A DNA stretch of 63,842 bases, the filler included, from Choristocarpus tenellus KU-1152 (taxonomy: Eukaryota > Protista > Phaeophyceae), in assembly GCA_964200185.2 (NCBI GenBank). It is 11 parts of 11 records of this genome, joined end to end, with 100 filler letters (N's around TTAATTAATTAA, not from the genome) between each part and the next. Parts side by side here need not be neighbours in the genome. Positions count along the whole stretch, not along the records: positions 14,597 to 23,521 come from CAXNAD020004189.1; positions 23,622 to 28,086 come from CAXNAD020014418.1; positions 28,187 to 30,708 come from CAXNAD020027100.1; positions 30,809 to 37,228 come from CAXNAD020008179.1; 7 more parts are not named here. One strand, given 5' to 3'. Positions within the stretch are counted from its first letter, which is position 1. Each line of letters starts with the position of its first letter. The notes under the pieces were generated by a model. The model worked only from the letters and a program-made list of their open reading frames with translations, searched no databases and was not told the DNA's origin. Below are positions 23,418 to 34,408 of the stretch, piece after piece. The translations under genes and the position numbers were made by a program.

Positions 23418-24293
23418 TGGAGTAAAGCAGGAGGATGCATATACCTCGTCCAGGGTGATGCTGTCAGTCAAGGGTTCTCCGAGGCAGCAGCAGAGTCATA
23501 CCACTTTAAAGGGGAGGGGGGNNNNNNNNNNNNNNNNNNNNNNNNNNNNNNNNNNNNNNNNNNNNTTAATTAATTAANNNNNNNNNNNNNNNNNNNNNNN
23601 NNNNNNNNNNNNNNNNNNNNNCCATACCCCTTAAGGGTTCTGCAGATGAAAATGTGGAAAAGCAGCAGGAACTCACGCGCTTTGGTTCATCCTGTACATA
23701 AGACATCAAACAAGCATCAAGTACATCAACCACCCGTCCTACCCTGTCCAACAGTCAGTTCATTCCAGGAATGTTTTTCATTGTCTACGTATTCTGCAGC
23801 GTGAAATGCAGATACGCACATGTGTAAGCACCATGATGATTTATGGAAGGTGTGGAAACCGATGATACTACACACTACTCGGAGACTTCTAGATCTCAAT
23901 ACATCCATACGGAGAATCGAAACATATCTCACAAGCCCACATCGCGGGAATATTTCTTAGTCGGAATGGGCATATTAGCCACTTTTGCGACAAACTGCTG
24001 TAAATAACGGAGAAGTGTTACAAGAAATGCATTGAAAGACCTGACAAACAGAGTTGCCTGTACAAACCACACTGGTAGAGGGCCGGTGGCTGTAATTTCA
24101 CAGAAGCAAATAGTCCAGTTTTCACCATCTTCCACAGAGAAGTTTTATTGGTGAATAGGTACTCATGGTAATGAATGATCATTATATCAATACTGTACTA
24201 AGCCAAATATCACATTGTCAAAGGTAGAGTTGATGTATGCTCCTACCCTCACCTGGCCCTTTCTAATCCTTCACATCCCCAGCGTATCTACAC

Positions 24294-26306
24294 CTTACAC
24301 CCTCAAGGAGAAAAACACAGCCTCCAGAACAATACCTACACCCGTCAAAGCAAAACTCACCTATCCTTAATCCTCTGAGAGGATCGTGCCCTCTGGAAAA
24401 GGGCCTGGATTTTCATCACGGAGTCAGTGGCCACAGTCAGGAAGTGACGAGCGGCTACTCCACTGACCGCCGTCTGTCCATGCAGCAGGAATGTGGATAC
24501 GAAAGTGGAGGGTGAAGGAGGTAGGGCAGATAACACGTAAGTGCGGAAATGGGGACCCTGAAGACTGCCCCCGATCTGGTGATGTGGACGATTCAACGGT
24601 GGACAGTGGGCTGGGAGTGGGAATTACAAATATCAAGTTGGGTGGGGTAATGGGGGCTGATGTTTAACATGGGGATTTGTTACGGGTTGAAGATGAATCC
24701 TTGGTTGCTAGTTGGGGTTTCGGTGTCAGTTTGAGTTGTGGGCAAGGAGTAGTGAGCTGGGTGTTTTTCACCGGAACCATGAACACAGCGAGGAGTGCTG
24801 CTACCACCCAGACAACACACACAGGCAGTTGGACCGAAAAGGCACCCCACCAATCAGTACTCTCTAGGTGTACCTTCGTTGGTGCATTGGTCTTGTACAC
24901 TTTGGTGTTTGCGCGATACATACACCGCTGAAGTTTTACGTCATCTCTCTCTCACTGCAATGGTACTTTGGTGCTTGGGTGTGAAAAATCATCATGAGGT
25001 CTTGTGTGGGAGTTCCTCTTCAAAACCTTCCTCACATGAATACACACACACGCACCTGCGTGCAGACAGAGATACAGGGCCACCAGAACTTCTTTCAAGA
25101 TGACACCCTCCCAGTACTCTGGAATGTGTTGCACTGGAATTGTTTTATGTCCTCACCGCCCGCTCTACTTGATTCTCCAATCACCATTCGTTCTTGTTCC
25201 CTTTCTACCAAATCTCCACATCTCAGACTTTGTGCCAACCCCTCGCAGGAGAACCAAATCAGTCCCTTGCTCCCAAGGCTTCCTACCTATTCACGCATGA
25301 CTCAACCTTCACAACCACAAACGTACCCTTACCCTACCTGCAGGGTAACCGCAGCTCTCTCCTCCGCCCGCTGCCTTTGACCCTGGACCAATCTGTACCT
25401 CGAACGGATAGGGTAAGACACAGCAGAACAATTTGTTGTTGGAATTACTTTGTACTCCAGAGTATACACATCACACACATTGTCAAAGGTGGAATTGATG
25501 TACTGCCAAAGTATCTTAGAGGGTACTGCCACGTCCATTTGGGGGCCAAAATCCAAAGTTGCGATTTCGATGTAATGTTGACTATCTTGTTTCTTGGGAA
25601 GTGTCAATATTCTTGTTCTGGACACACCTTTTCATGACATACACATTTTACCTACTGCTCAAACATTTTGGAGTAGGAACATGCCATAAAAATGTCCATG
25701 GGAAGCCAAGCCCCAAACGGATAAACAGGGCAAAACTTGTACCCTCTAAGATGCTTTCACACACTTACACCCTCAAGGAGAAAAACACAGCCTCCAGAAC
25801 AATACCTACACCCGTCAAAGCAAAACTCACCTATCCTTAATCCTCTGAGAGGATCGTGCCCTCCGGAAGAGGGCCTGGATTTTCATCACGGAGTCAGTGG
25901 CTACAGCCAGGAAGTGACGAGCGGCTACTCCCCTGACCGCCGCCTGTCCATGCAGCAGGAATGTGGATACGAAAGTGGAGGGTGAAGGAGGTAGGGCAGA
26001 TAACACGTAAGTGCGGAAATGGGGACCCTGAAGACTGCCCCCAATCTGGTGATGTGGACGATTCAATGGTGGACAGTGGGCTGGGAGTGGGAAGTCCCCG
26101 TGCACAGACAGAGATACAGGGCCACCAGAACTTCTTTCAAGATGACACCCTCCCAGTACTCTGGAATAAGTTGCACCGGAAGATTTTTATGTCCTCGCCA
26201 CCTGCTCTACTTGATTCTCCAATCACTATTCGTTCTTGTTCCCTTTCTACCAAATCTCCACATCTCAGACTTTGTGCCAACCCCTCGCACGAGAACCAAG
26301 TCAGTC
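24294..26306 (+). repeat. Local segmental duplication
   Basis: 24294-24623 matches 25764-26093 (330 bp, few mismatches). 25063-25264 matches 26105-26306. ~24211-24237 matches ~25476-25502. Confidence 0.9.
25503..25762 (-). mobile_element. MITE family A, copy 4
   Basis: ccaaagtatcttagagggtac...gtaccctctaagatgctttcac; termini eroded, no clear TSD. Confidence 0.88.
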
Positions 26307-26562
26307 TCTTCCCCCTAGGTTAACTTCCATTTGCCTGCCTTTTTCAATCTTAACCTCTACCCCAGTTCCCTTTCCCTGCCCTCATTCACCTTCTTGCTTT
26401 GTTCTTGCGTTGGGAGTTCCCTCAATGTTTTTATGGAACAATAATTTTCTGAAAGAGTAGTCTTTATGTTTACATTGCTGCCCAGCTATTTTTCACACTA
26501 GAGACTGTGTACAACACAGTATCCTGGAAACATTATCCTTCTTTGACGTTCAGTATCCTTTC

Positions 26563-27617
26563 TCACACTTGAAGCCTCGCACACTTTATCAAACCTCTAT
26601 ACACAGCAACACACCTACAGCCACTACCACACAGCTTTCCCTTTTCCATGACGTCTAGCACTTTCTTCATGAGCAAAATTCTATACAATATATGTACCTG
26701 GATCCTTACAGCTGCCCTCATCTGTATTTTCTTAGTCCGTGTCTTTTCCAGGTTTGATTCGAATCTAGTGAGGAGAAGGGAAGGTATATATTGATGGCTT
26801 GTGGTCACACCCATCTAGCGTTTATTTGTGAACTCTGGGAACGATTTCGATGTTGTGGAGAACCTTGTATGATTGGAAAGTATATACAACTGCAGATAAG
26901 GAGGCATACTCTATGATGGGCATTGGAAGAGAGATGATTTGGTTGTTGTCTGCTTGAGAATGTTCAGGTGCCATGTGTATGTGATTCATTTGATCCTGAT
27001 GAGAAATCGGGAACTCCTTGACTTTCTCCTTGAAATCTTCCTACACCACAATGGAAATTGCTAGCCCACAGCTTATTCTTTGATGGTCAATATTCCCTTG
27101 GTACATAAATACACCTCTTGAACAGACAAGTGTATTGCAATAGAGGTCATTTCAAAGAGTGCATGCATCCACCCATGTCTCTAAATGACATGAGCAGTGT
27201 CTGGCTCAAGGCCAGGCGTGAACTACACTGCAAGAGTATCAAAATCGAAGGAATACATTGACCTCTATAGAGATCTAGGGCATATTGTGCGGTTGCAAGT
27301 TCATCAACCTAATGACCCACCTTACGAATAGTAAAGATCTGACTCCTAACCCATTCCCCTACCCTTATCACTCCATCTGAATATTTCAAAGGCTTCCAAT
27401 CACAGGAGTTAATACACAGGAGCTTACTGCCCACATGATGGAATGTGCTAATTTGTACAAACCTGAGGATGGCACCACTAATCCTCCAGTAGAGCTGGAT
27501 CGTTGATGCTGCCGCCACCATCCGACCAAGCTCCTTTCTTCCTGCCCGGCCCCGGACAAGGGACTGAACCCTTGTTGCCATGACGTTTTTCGTCATTCCG
27601 AGGACTATGGCTTCCAA
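26563..27617 (-). pseudogene. Degraded coding remnant with IQ (calmodulin-binding-type) motifs
   Basis: ATRVQSLVRGRAGRK fits IQxxxRGxxxR; also AAASTIQLYWR and AAVRIQ. The intervening frames have several stops. Confidence 0.4.
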
Positions 27618-28186
27618 TACATCTCTTAGGTCAGTGCGGCACTGTGTCCTGTTATGTTCAAGGGTAATGCCTAGGCTTTATGATGTTGCCCATGTGAAGG
27701 GTTCATCATAGGTCTCTTCTCTCCTGTCTTTCTAAGTGCTACAGGGCCCTCCAAGAACAACAGGAGGACATATAGAGTCATAGAAATATTTCACTGCATA
27801 GTGTTGAGCATGTGTGTCCTTGATGTTGCAAGAGGGTGGTAGTATTTTGATGTCTTGAGATGGGGGGCAGGAGTATGCACGTGGTGAGAAGGATGTACAA
27901 GGTACTGGATTGTGAGGGGAAATGTTTTTTTGATGACAAGCGATGAAGTAGGAAGCGGAAGGTGGGGTAGGACAAAATTGGAGTGATGACTGAGAGAGCT
28001 GTAAGACTGTGATGATTCTAGGAATGGGTGATAGTCGAGCCTAGCTTGCACTGATACGACTCTATTTTATAGTACCTAGACGAATCNNNNNNNNNNNNNN
28101 NNNNNNNNNNNNNNNNNNNNNNNNNNNNNNTTAATTAATTAANNNNNNNNNNNNNNNNNNNNNNNNNNNNNNNNNNNNNNNNNNNN

Positions 28187-28359
28187 AAGTATCTGGGAGG
28201 GGGGGAGGGGTCTACAGTAGGGTGTCCATTTACCCCAAAAGCAGCAAAAGTGCATTTACATTATCCATCCGACGTATGCAATCAAATCACCCAAAATCGC
28301 GACATGAAAAAATTAACCTCAAATGGACAGCTGCTACCCACTCCCAGCTACTTTGAGCC
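28187..28359 (+). mobile_element. MITE family B copy truncating the copia element
   Basis: aagtatctgggaggggg...aaagtgcatttacattatccatcc...cccagctactttgagcc; collinear with 54382-54568. Confidence 0.85.
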
Positions 28360-30695
28360 TGAGATTGATCTCACATTCCTTGGCGTACCTGCGTACCATC
28401 GCCTCATGGCAATGACCCAGCTGATGATGCATTTGATGTATGTCCATACTCCTAGTGGGTCTCATTTCCCCACTCAGCCCCCATGGGGCAGTGACAAATT
28501 CTCCAGCCCCACCCTGGGCGAGCTCATCAAATGCCCCAACATCCTCCTCTACCGTTGCTTGGACTCCAGTCGATCGTTCTAAATCATGTACTGCAGCCAC
28601 TTCTGGGGGAGGCCATTCCGCTTCAATAGTCCCCCCTGGGTCGATGAAACCTCCTGAAACCCCCTCAAGGGTATTCACTCCTGTCGCTGCAACATCCTCC
28701 TCTGACATTGCAGTCTCCTCAGATTTTCCACCTGTGACGATATCTCCTCCAGCCCTTGTTAGGGGGAGTGTGTCTGTTCCCGCCCCCCCCTCGGCTAGAA
28801 CTAGTCCTGACACAATCCTCTCTGACATGTCAGGTACTTCAGGTAGTTGTCTTGAGGGCAGGTCAGGAATTGTCAAGAAGCTTCTTCGATTAGCTTTCAA
28901 TATAAACAATCCGTAATTCTTCCCATTTGTCTTACAAATTCCAACCCAGGTCCTCCAGAAGAAGGGGTTAATCGCAGAGAATTTTCCCCTTTCCAATAGA
29001 ATTCTCCCCCAGATTGTTTCCCGGCTTGTATAATTGAGAAGAGAATAAATTTTAACCCAGAACAAATGGCACATTGTGCAAGATGAAGTTTGAAACTTCC
29101 CCATTCTGTACACAGGATAGTGACAAATTACCTATGGATAAAACTTGTAGAACCTTTCCATCCCCAACAGTCACCGATGTCCCTGCCACAGGTTTTGGAT
29201 CTATCAGAGCAGTAGGATTGTTTGTCATATGAACTGAACACCCATTGTCAAAGAACCAAAGTTCATCCACTTCCACAATACTCCCATCATTGCTTACCAA
29301 TGAGAATCCTCCAAGCTGAACTGGTGTATGATTAGCTTTCGGTTCACCATCGCCAGCTTCATCAGTGTTGCTTGCATTGCCACTCCCCTTCCCTTCACCA
29401 TTCTTCTTCTTCCTTCGGAGAGTTTGTCCAGACGATCGTTGACCCGATTCTCCCAAATTACCAGCGCGTTTGAGACAACAGTAAGCCTTGTGTCCTCTGG
29501 CTCCACAGACATAACAAGAACCTGCATAAGATTCAGAATGGGAAGAAACAACGGTGGGACAGGAAGATTGAAAGTGTGGTCCTCCACACTGCCAGTACTC
29601 CACACGTCTTGACTGCTGATCCTTCTGAACGGGGACCTCCAACCATCAATGCACCACCATTATTTCCCATCCGTCGATTAAGCGGTCGTTTATGAAGTTG
29701 ATACGTTTCACAAACTTGCTGTTGTAGATCCATTCGTGCTGCCCGACCGTATCCTGTGACCTGTCGAATCTCAATGAAATATTCCTCAGTCAAGCAATTG
29801 TGCATGGCACCCAATTGCTCCTCATCACTCGGTTCATCATCCAGGGATCGCATTTTCTTCACATTGCTGTCCAGTTCCATGATGACTGTGGACGGATCCT
29901 CTCCAGCAGGTAAATGTAACGAATTAAGTTTTGATCTCATATTAGCCCTTTCAGTGATACCACTTCTCCTAAAGTGGTTCCTTAAAGCTTGGAAAGCTTC
30001 GGAAGGACTGTTATGCTTGTTTGCCACTTGTTCCGCGAACCCATCCAAAGCCATCACCAGTGCAGCTATCGCCATACTAGCCTTTTCGATTTCTCGTTCG
30101 GACCATCTTGAATCGTCGAAGGAATCGCTCCTGACTCTGATGTGATCATCAGATAACAACGTATCTTTCCAGTCGCCCATGGCAGCACACGAAAGGAATT
30201 TTCGTTCAAACATGGCAAATCCATCACCATCATCATCGCCACTGTAGACCTTAAACGTTGATGGCAATGGAATCAGTCGTCTTAATCTCCGTCCAGTTGG
30301 TACCCCCTGTGCGCGGTTCTGCTAACCGCCCCTCTGTCATCATCATCCTCAGACTCGACCACCTCTTCACCTTCTTCAACTGGCGTTGCAGGTACCGCGT
30401 CTCCATACTCCGCTCTTCTCGAAGTACGTCTTCTGTAATCGACGACCTCCTCCATCGGGACTCCCCCTCAAATCGATTTAACGCTAGCCTTGAGAACTTA
30501 GCACCATACAAGAAGTAGTGCTAGCTAGCATGTTAAAGAAATTGGTGTTCCCAAGACTTGTGTATGTAAACGACTCGATTAATTCCTTATTATGCAGAAC
30601 AGGTTGTACATGAAGTAAGGAAGGTGTAAGTAAGGAGAGTGAACTTCAAAGCTCAAAGAGAGGGTCATCACTTTACGATTCATATTCTAGTAACA
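28360..30695 (-). mobile_element. Decayed Ty1/copia LTR retrotransposon, 5' half (LTR, gag, zinc knuckles, protease, GAG-pre-integrase)
   Basis: gag: SPSEAFQALRNHF...ERANMRSKLNSLHLPAGEDPSTVIMELDS. Knuckles: CYVCGARGHKAYC and WQCGGPHFQSSC. Protease: LWFFDNGCSVHMTNN...VTVGDGKVL...LHNVPFVLG*NLFS. Pre-integrase: HHQLGH. Frameshifts and stops are present. Confidence 0.92.
30531..30695 (-). repeat. Putative 5' LTR (165 bp)
   Basis: Bounded by the inverted ends TGTTA...TAACA, upstream of gag on the minus strand. Confidence 0.6.
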
Positions 30696-30808
30696 CGTCA
30701 CTCATTATNNNNNNNNNNNNNNNNNNNNNNNNNNNNNNNNNNNNNNNNNNNNTTAATTAATTAANNNNNNNNNNNNNNNNNNNNNNNNNNNNNNNNNNNN
30801 NNNNNNNN

Positions 30809-30835
30809 CCCCTCCCCCCCCAGATACTTTGGGCC
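30809..30835. mobile_element. Right TIR of a family B element at contig start
   Basis: ccccccccagatactttgggcc. Left-TIR fragments that run into contig ends also occur at 57672-57744 and 60822-60907. Confidence 0.7.
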
Positions 30836-31201
30836 TAAACAAGATCCTTTAATAAAATCATACCACGTCAGCACCGAAGAAAGATAGGTTAAATGACGAA
30901 AAAAGGAGAATGTTTCGAAAATCTCCTTGAATTACGTGTTGCAAATAGATTGAACTCAAACTAAGCACAACTAACATGGCACATAGCACCAGTTTATTGT
31001 TTGGAGTTTTCTTCTTCACTTTGCTGCCATGTAAAATACTATTACTTCGATGAATACATATATTGTTTGGAGTTTAGGTCTATCACGTTGCGACTCGCTC
31101 TGAGCCTACTTTGGATGAGATGTCTGTTTCAAAACATACAATGTCATCCCCACTTTGGAGTCACTGCTGCACACGATGTTACCATTGCACCCAAATTCAA
31201 G

Positions 31202-34200
31202 GTCCAGAATGTGGTGGATGCATTCCCCAATGATTTAGGTATGTATGAGGCTGGATTGTCACTTCTTGTGGGTCTGGCTGAGTACGGGGGGGTAGTGCTC
31301 GAGAGCTCTTCGTCTTGTGTCACTTCCATCACTGCAACTGCAGTGGTGAAACGCCTGGGCAGGTCAAGGGGACTACAGCTTGTGGCCACCTGCCTGACCT
31401 ATGCATCAAACCCTGACTGGGCAAGAGGGACAAGTGATGCCTCCCTCGCCCACCCAGAGGTCTTCCTTCTTCTAGCATGCAAGGCAATTGCATTGCTTGG
31501 CAAAACTCCCGAAAACCGAGACAACTTGGTTGCACTTGGGGTCTGCAAAGGGCTTACAAGAGCTATGGCATTAGGCGCAGCAGGGTGCATATCAGCAGCC
31601 TCACACCCCAGTAAAGTGACGGCCTTGACCGAGCTGGAACCTTCTCCTCATGAGCAGGAAAACTCCAATGACAGGAAGCATGACTCCAGGACAATGCGTA
31701 GGCACAGGCTGCAGCAGATATGGGCTGCACTGGCCCTAGCAGAGTTGGCGTCTGGGAAATCAAACGAACACCGGTGTGCTGTGCTGGAGGAAGCGGGTGC
31801 ACTCAGTGCATTATTTGCTGCCATGTCCCGTTCTCCAGATAACCATCTTTTGCAGTACGCAGGGTGTCTGACACTGGGTCACATGGCCAGAGGAAGTCGT
31901 GGTGAGGCTCTCAATCACATAGGGCGAAGGGGTGGGGTTACAGCAGTGGTTAGAGCATTAATTGCTTGTCCAGGTGACCTCGACATGGCACTAGCAGGCC
32001 TGACGGCCGTGACCAACGTCTCTCCTGGGTCTGAGAATCGTCGGCTACTAGGGGAGGCTGGGGCCTGCCCTCAAGTCGTTGCTACTCTTTCTTCCTTTCT
32101 CAATGTCGCAGCTGTAGCAGAAGAGGGTTGCCATGCAGTGGCCAATCTTGCAGTTCTGAGTGGTTTCAACCGGACTGTTCTGGGACAGAGTGGGGCAGTA
32201 GAGGCTGTAGCAGAAGCCCTCTCGAACCACCCGTCGGACCCTGGTGTCCAACACTGGGGTGTGACTGCAGCTGCAGAGATGGTGGCTGACACAGACCCCT
32301 CCTCAAATATCAAGAGGCTGATGGAGGCTGAGATGCCAGGGTTGGTAATTCGGGCCATGGCGAAGCTTTTAAATGAGCCAGCCACACAAGCAAATGGACT
32401 CCGACTACTTGCGAAACTGGCCACACAGATGGGGAGCAGCAGCTACAGCTGTTGTGAGGGAGATGGCGAATTCTCAGCTCTTTGGGATGTCAACATGTTG
32501 GCAGCAACAATGCGACCCTTGAACTTGTACCCCTTTCACCCTAGTGTGCAGCACTGGGGATTAGCTATCATACGCTCTTTTAGTGGCAACAGCAATCTCC
32601 GTTCACAGTGGTGCAGGGTAGGTGCTGCTGGGGCTGTAAATCAGGCGCTGCAGGTATATGGTGCAGGTGAAGGAGGAAATCCCCATTACCCCTCCAATGA
32701 CTGTGACAAGGGCAGAAAAGGTGGGAATGGTGGCAAGGAGCGGACTGCTGCCTACCACAGGGAGGAGGCCCTCTGTATCCAGTTTCAGGCATGTGCTTGT
32801 GCACTGCACATAGCAAAGGATGGAGAGGCCCGGCAGGAACTTGTGCAGGGTAGTTCTGGGCAGGCCCTGGCTGGAATGATGCTAGCAAACCCCCATGACA
32901 TTTGTGTGCAGCAGGGTGGTTTGTCCGTGTTAGCCAGCCTAGCAGCCATTGGCATGGACAACCGTGAGGCCCTTGTTGGGGTCTCTTCTGGCAATGGGGT
33001 AGTGATTCAGGCAGTGCTGCAGGCATTTGAGACCTTCCCAATGAACATGCGGGTGCAAAACGAGGGTGCACTGACCCTACAGAACCTCAGCCTTGCATCA
33101 TCAGGTGCACAGGTGATGGCAAGGGCAGGGGTAGTGCCAGTCCTTGTTCAGGCGCTCTTTCGTCAATCTCTCACAAGGCCCACTTTTGATGTGGTGAGTA
33201 ATGGCAAGGAGCTGAGTAGAGGAGAATGGGAAGGGCGCCATGCATTAGTGTATATTTTGAAGGCACTGGGCAACTTGGTGATCGACATTGACCATGTAAG
33301 TGATCTTGTGGGTCATCGCGGCGCATGTGAGGCAGTCACGGCAACACTCAAAGGACATCCACATGATCTAGATCTTCAGGCTGCAGGGTGCAAGGCCATT
33401 GGTGCCTTGGCACTGCACGGCACACTCACTTGCGAAGATCTTGCTGCTGTTGGAGCATGTGCAGCTGTGACAAGGTCCATGGATCTTTTCCGGAGGGACA
33501 GGCAGGTCCAACTTGCATGCCTTGCAGCAGTTGAGGCATTGTGCAGGGGGGGTCCCACGACATGTGCTCTGGTCCTAGAGTGTGAAGGAATGCTTAACCT
33601 GATTAGTAATATACTTAATCAGTTTTCTGGTGACTCTGAGGTTGTGGTGCAGGGTCTCCAGGCACTAGTGGAGATAGCACTTGCTCCATCAGCACGATCC
33701 ACAAATGGGGTGCTTGCTGCAACAACCACTGCTGGCGCCTATGCATCTGTTGCTACCACATCCAAATCTCAACAGGTACAGAAGAATGGAGCTAGTGGAC
33801 AGGAAATGCGCCTGCCAGTTACAATCTCATCCACCCATCCACCTTCATCCTTCCATTCCTCCACGACCAGTACCACAGCAGCAGGAGAAACATCAGGGAA
33901 TGCGTGGGCTGTTGGAACAGTGCTTGCTGCAATGGAGTGCAACCCCCACATTGATGTCTGCAATGCCTCATTTGATGCACTGCTGCGCCTACTTGGCGAC
34001 ACCACCCACCAGTCAGCTCACAGTTCGACTGATGAAACTATCAGCACCAACGCAAACAAGCAAGGCAAGTCTTTGGGGCTATCCTCATTCTCCTCTGACA
34101 CACGATCACCATCCAATTCAATGGTACTGCCATCGCACCGCAACATTGGGGAGAGAGACATAGTGAACACAGAAAGTAAGGTGGAAAGAATTGGGGAAAC

Positions 34201-34408
34201 GATGCAGTGGGCAAAAGTTACATACGCGGTGAAGCGTGCCCTGAAGCTTAACAAAAAGCACAGTGGAATGCTGGCCAAGAAGGGGGGGGTGATTCTTACT
34301 GTTGCCTCAGTAGCCAGAGCGAAGGCATTGGGCACAGCAGGCAAAGTTGAAAAGGATGGTATATCCAGGGACTACAGAGTAGCTGGAGCATATACCTTGG
34401 CACAGTAG
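31202..34408 (+). CDS. Armadillo-repeat protein, terminal exon (5' partial)
   Basis: Open frame of more than 1060 codons with repeated ~42-aa ARM units, e.g. AEEGCHAVANLAVLSGFNRTVLGQSGAVEAVAEALSNHPSDPGVQHWG and LQAAGCKAIGALA. The first ~67 codons of the called ORF look intronic; the acceptor probably ends at 31201 or 31207. Confidence 0.9.
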   Translation, partial: VQNVVDAFPNDLGMYEAGLSLLVGLAEYGGVVLESSSSCVTSITATAVVKRLGRSRGLQLVATCLTYASNPDWARGTSDASLAHPEVFLLLACKAIALLGKTPENRDNLVALGVCKGLTRAMALGAAGCISAASHPSKVTALTELEPSPHEQENSNDRKHDSRTMRRHRLQQIWAALALAELASGKSNEHRCAVLEEAGALSALFAAMSRSPDNHLLQYAGCLTLGHMARGSRGEALNHIGRRGGVTAVVRALIACPGDLDMALAGLTAVTNVSPGSENRRLLGEAGACPQVVATLSSFLNVAAVAEEGCHAVANLAVLSGFNRTVLGQSGAVEAVAEALSNHPSDPGVQHWGVTAAAEMVADTDPSSNIKRLMEAEMPGLVIRAMAKLLNEPATQANGLRLLAKLATQMGSSSYSCCEGDGEFSALWDVNMLAATMRPLNLYPFHPSVQHWGLAIIRSFSGNSNLRSQWCRVGAAGAVNQALQVYGAGEGGNPHYPSNDCDKGRKGGNGGKERTAAYHREEALCIQFQACACALHIAKDGEARQELVQGSSGQALAGMMLANPHDICVQQGGLSVLASLAAIGMDNREALVGVSSGNGVVIQAVLQAFETFPMNMRVQNEGALTLQNLSLASSGAQVMARAGVVPVLVQALFRQSLTRPTFDVVSNGKELSRGEWEGRHALVYILKALGNLVIDIDHVSDLVGHRGACEAVTATLKGHPHDLDLQAAGCKAIGALALHGTLTCEDLAAVGACAAVTRSMDLFRRDRQVQLACLAAVEALCRGGPTTCALVLECEGMLNLISNILNQFSGDSEVVVQGLQALVEIALAPSARSTNGVLAATTTAGAYASVATTSKSQQVQKNGASGQEMRLPVTISSTHPPSSFHSSTTSTTAAGETSGNAWAVGTVLAAMECNPHIDVCNASFDALLRLLGDTTHQSAHSSTDETISTNANKQGKSLGLSSFSSDTRSPSNSMVLPSHRNIGERDIVNTESKVERIGETMQWAKVTYAVKRALKLNKKHSGMLAKKGGVILTVASVARAKALGTAGKVEKDGISRDYRVAGAYTLAQ

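Noticed and set aside
23622-24170. Protein-like minus-strand fragments at the start of contig 3
   Set aside because: Frameshifted or stopped, with no recognisable domain.
28440-30518. Plus-strand ORFs of 86-158 aa over the copia element, and similar short ORFs antisense to the ARM and YR genes or inside MITEs
   Set aside because: Antisense shadows of real coding frames, or chance ORFs in repeats.
31001-31201. N-terminal 67 codons of the 1135-aa ORF
   Set aside because: TTG start and an AT-rich, intron-like sequence. ARM-like sequence begins only after the acceptor near 31201.
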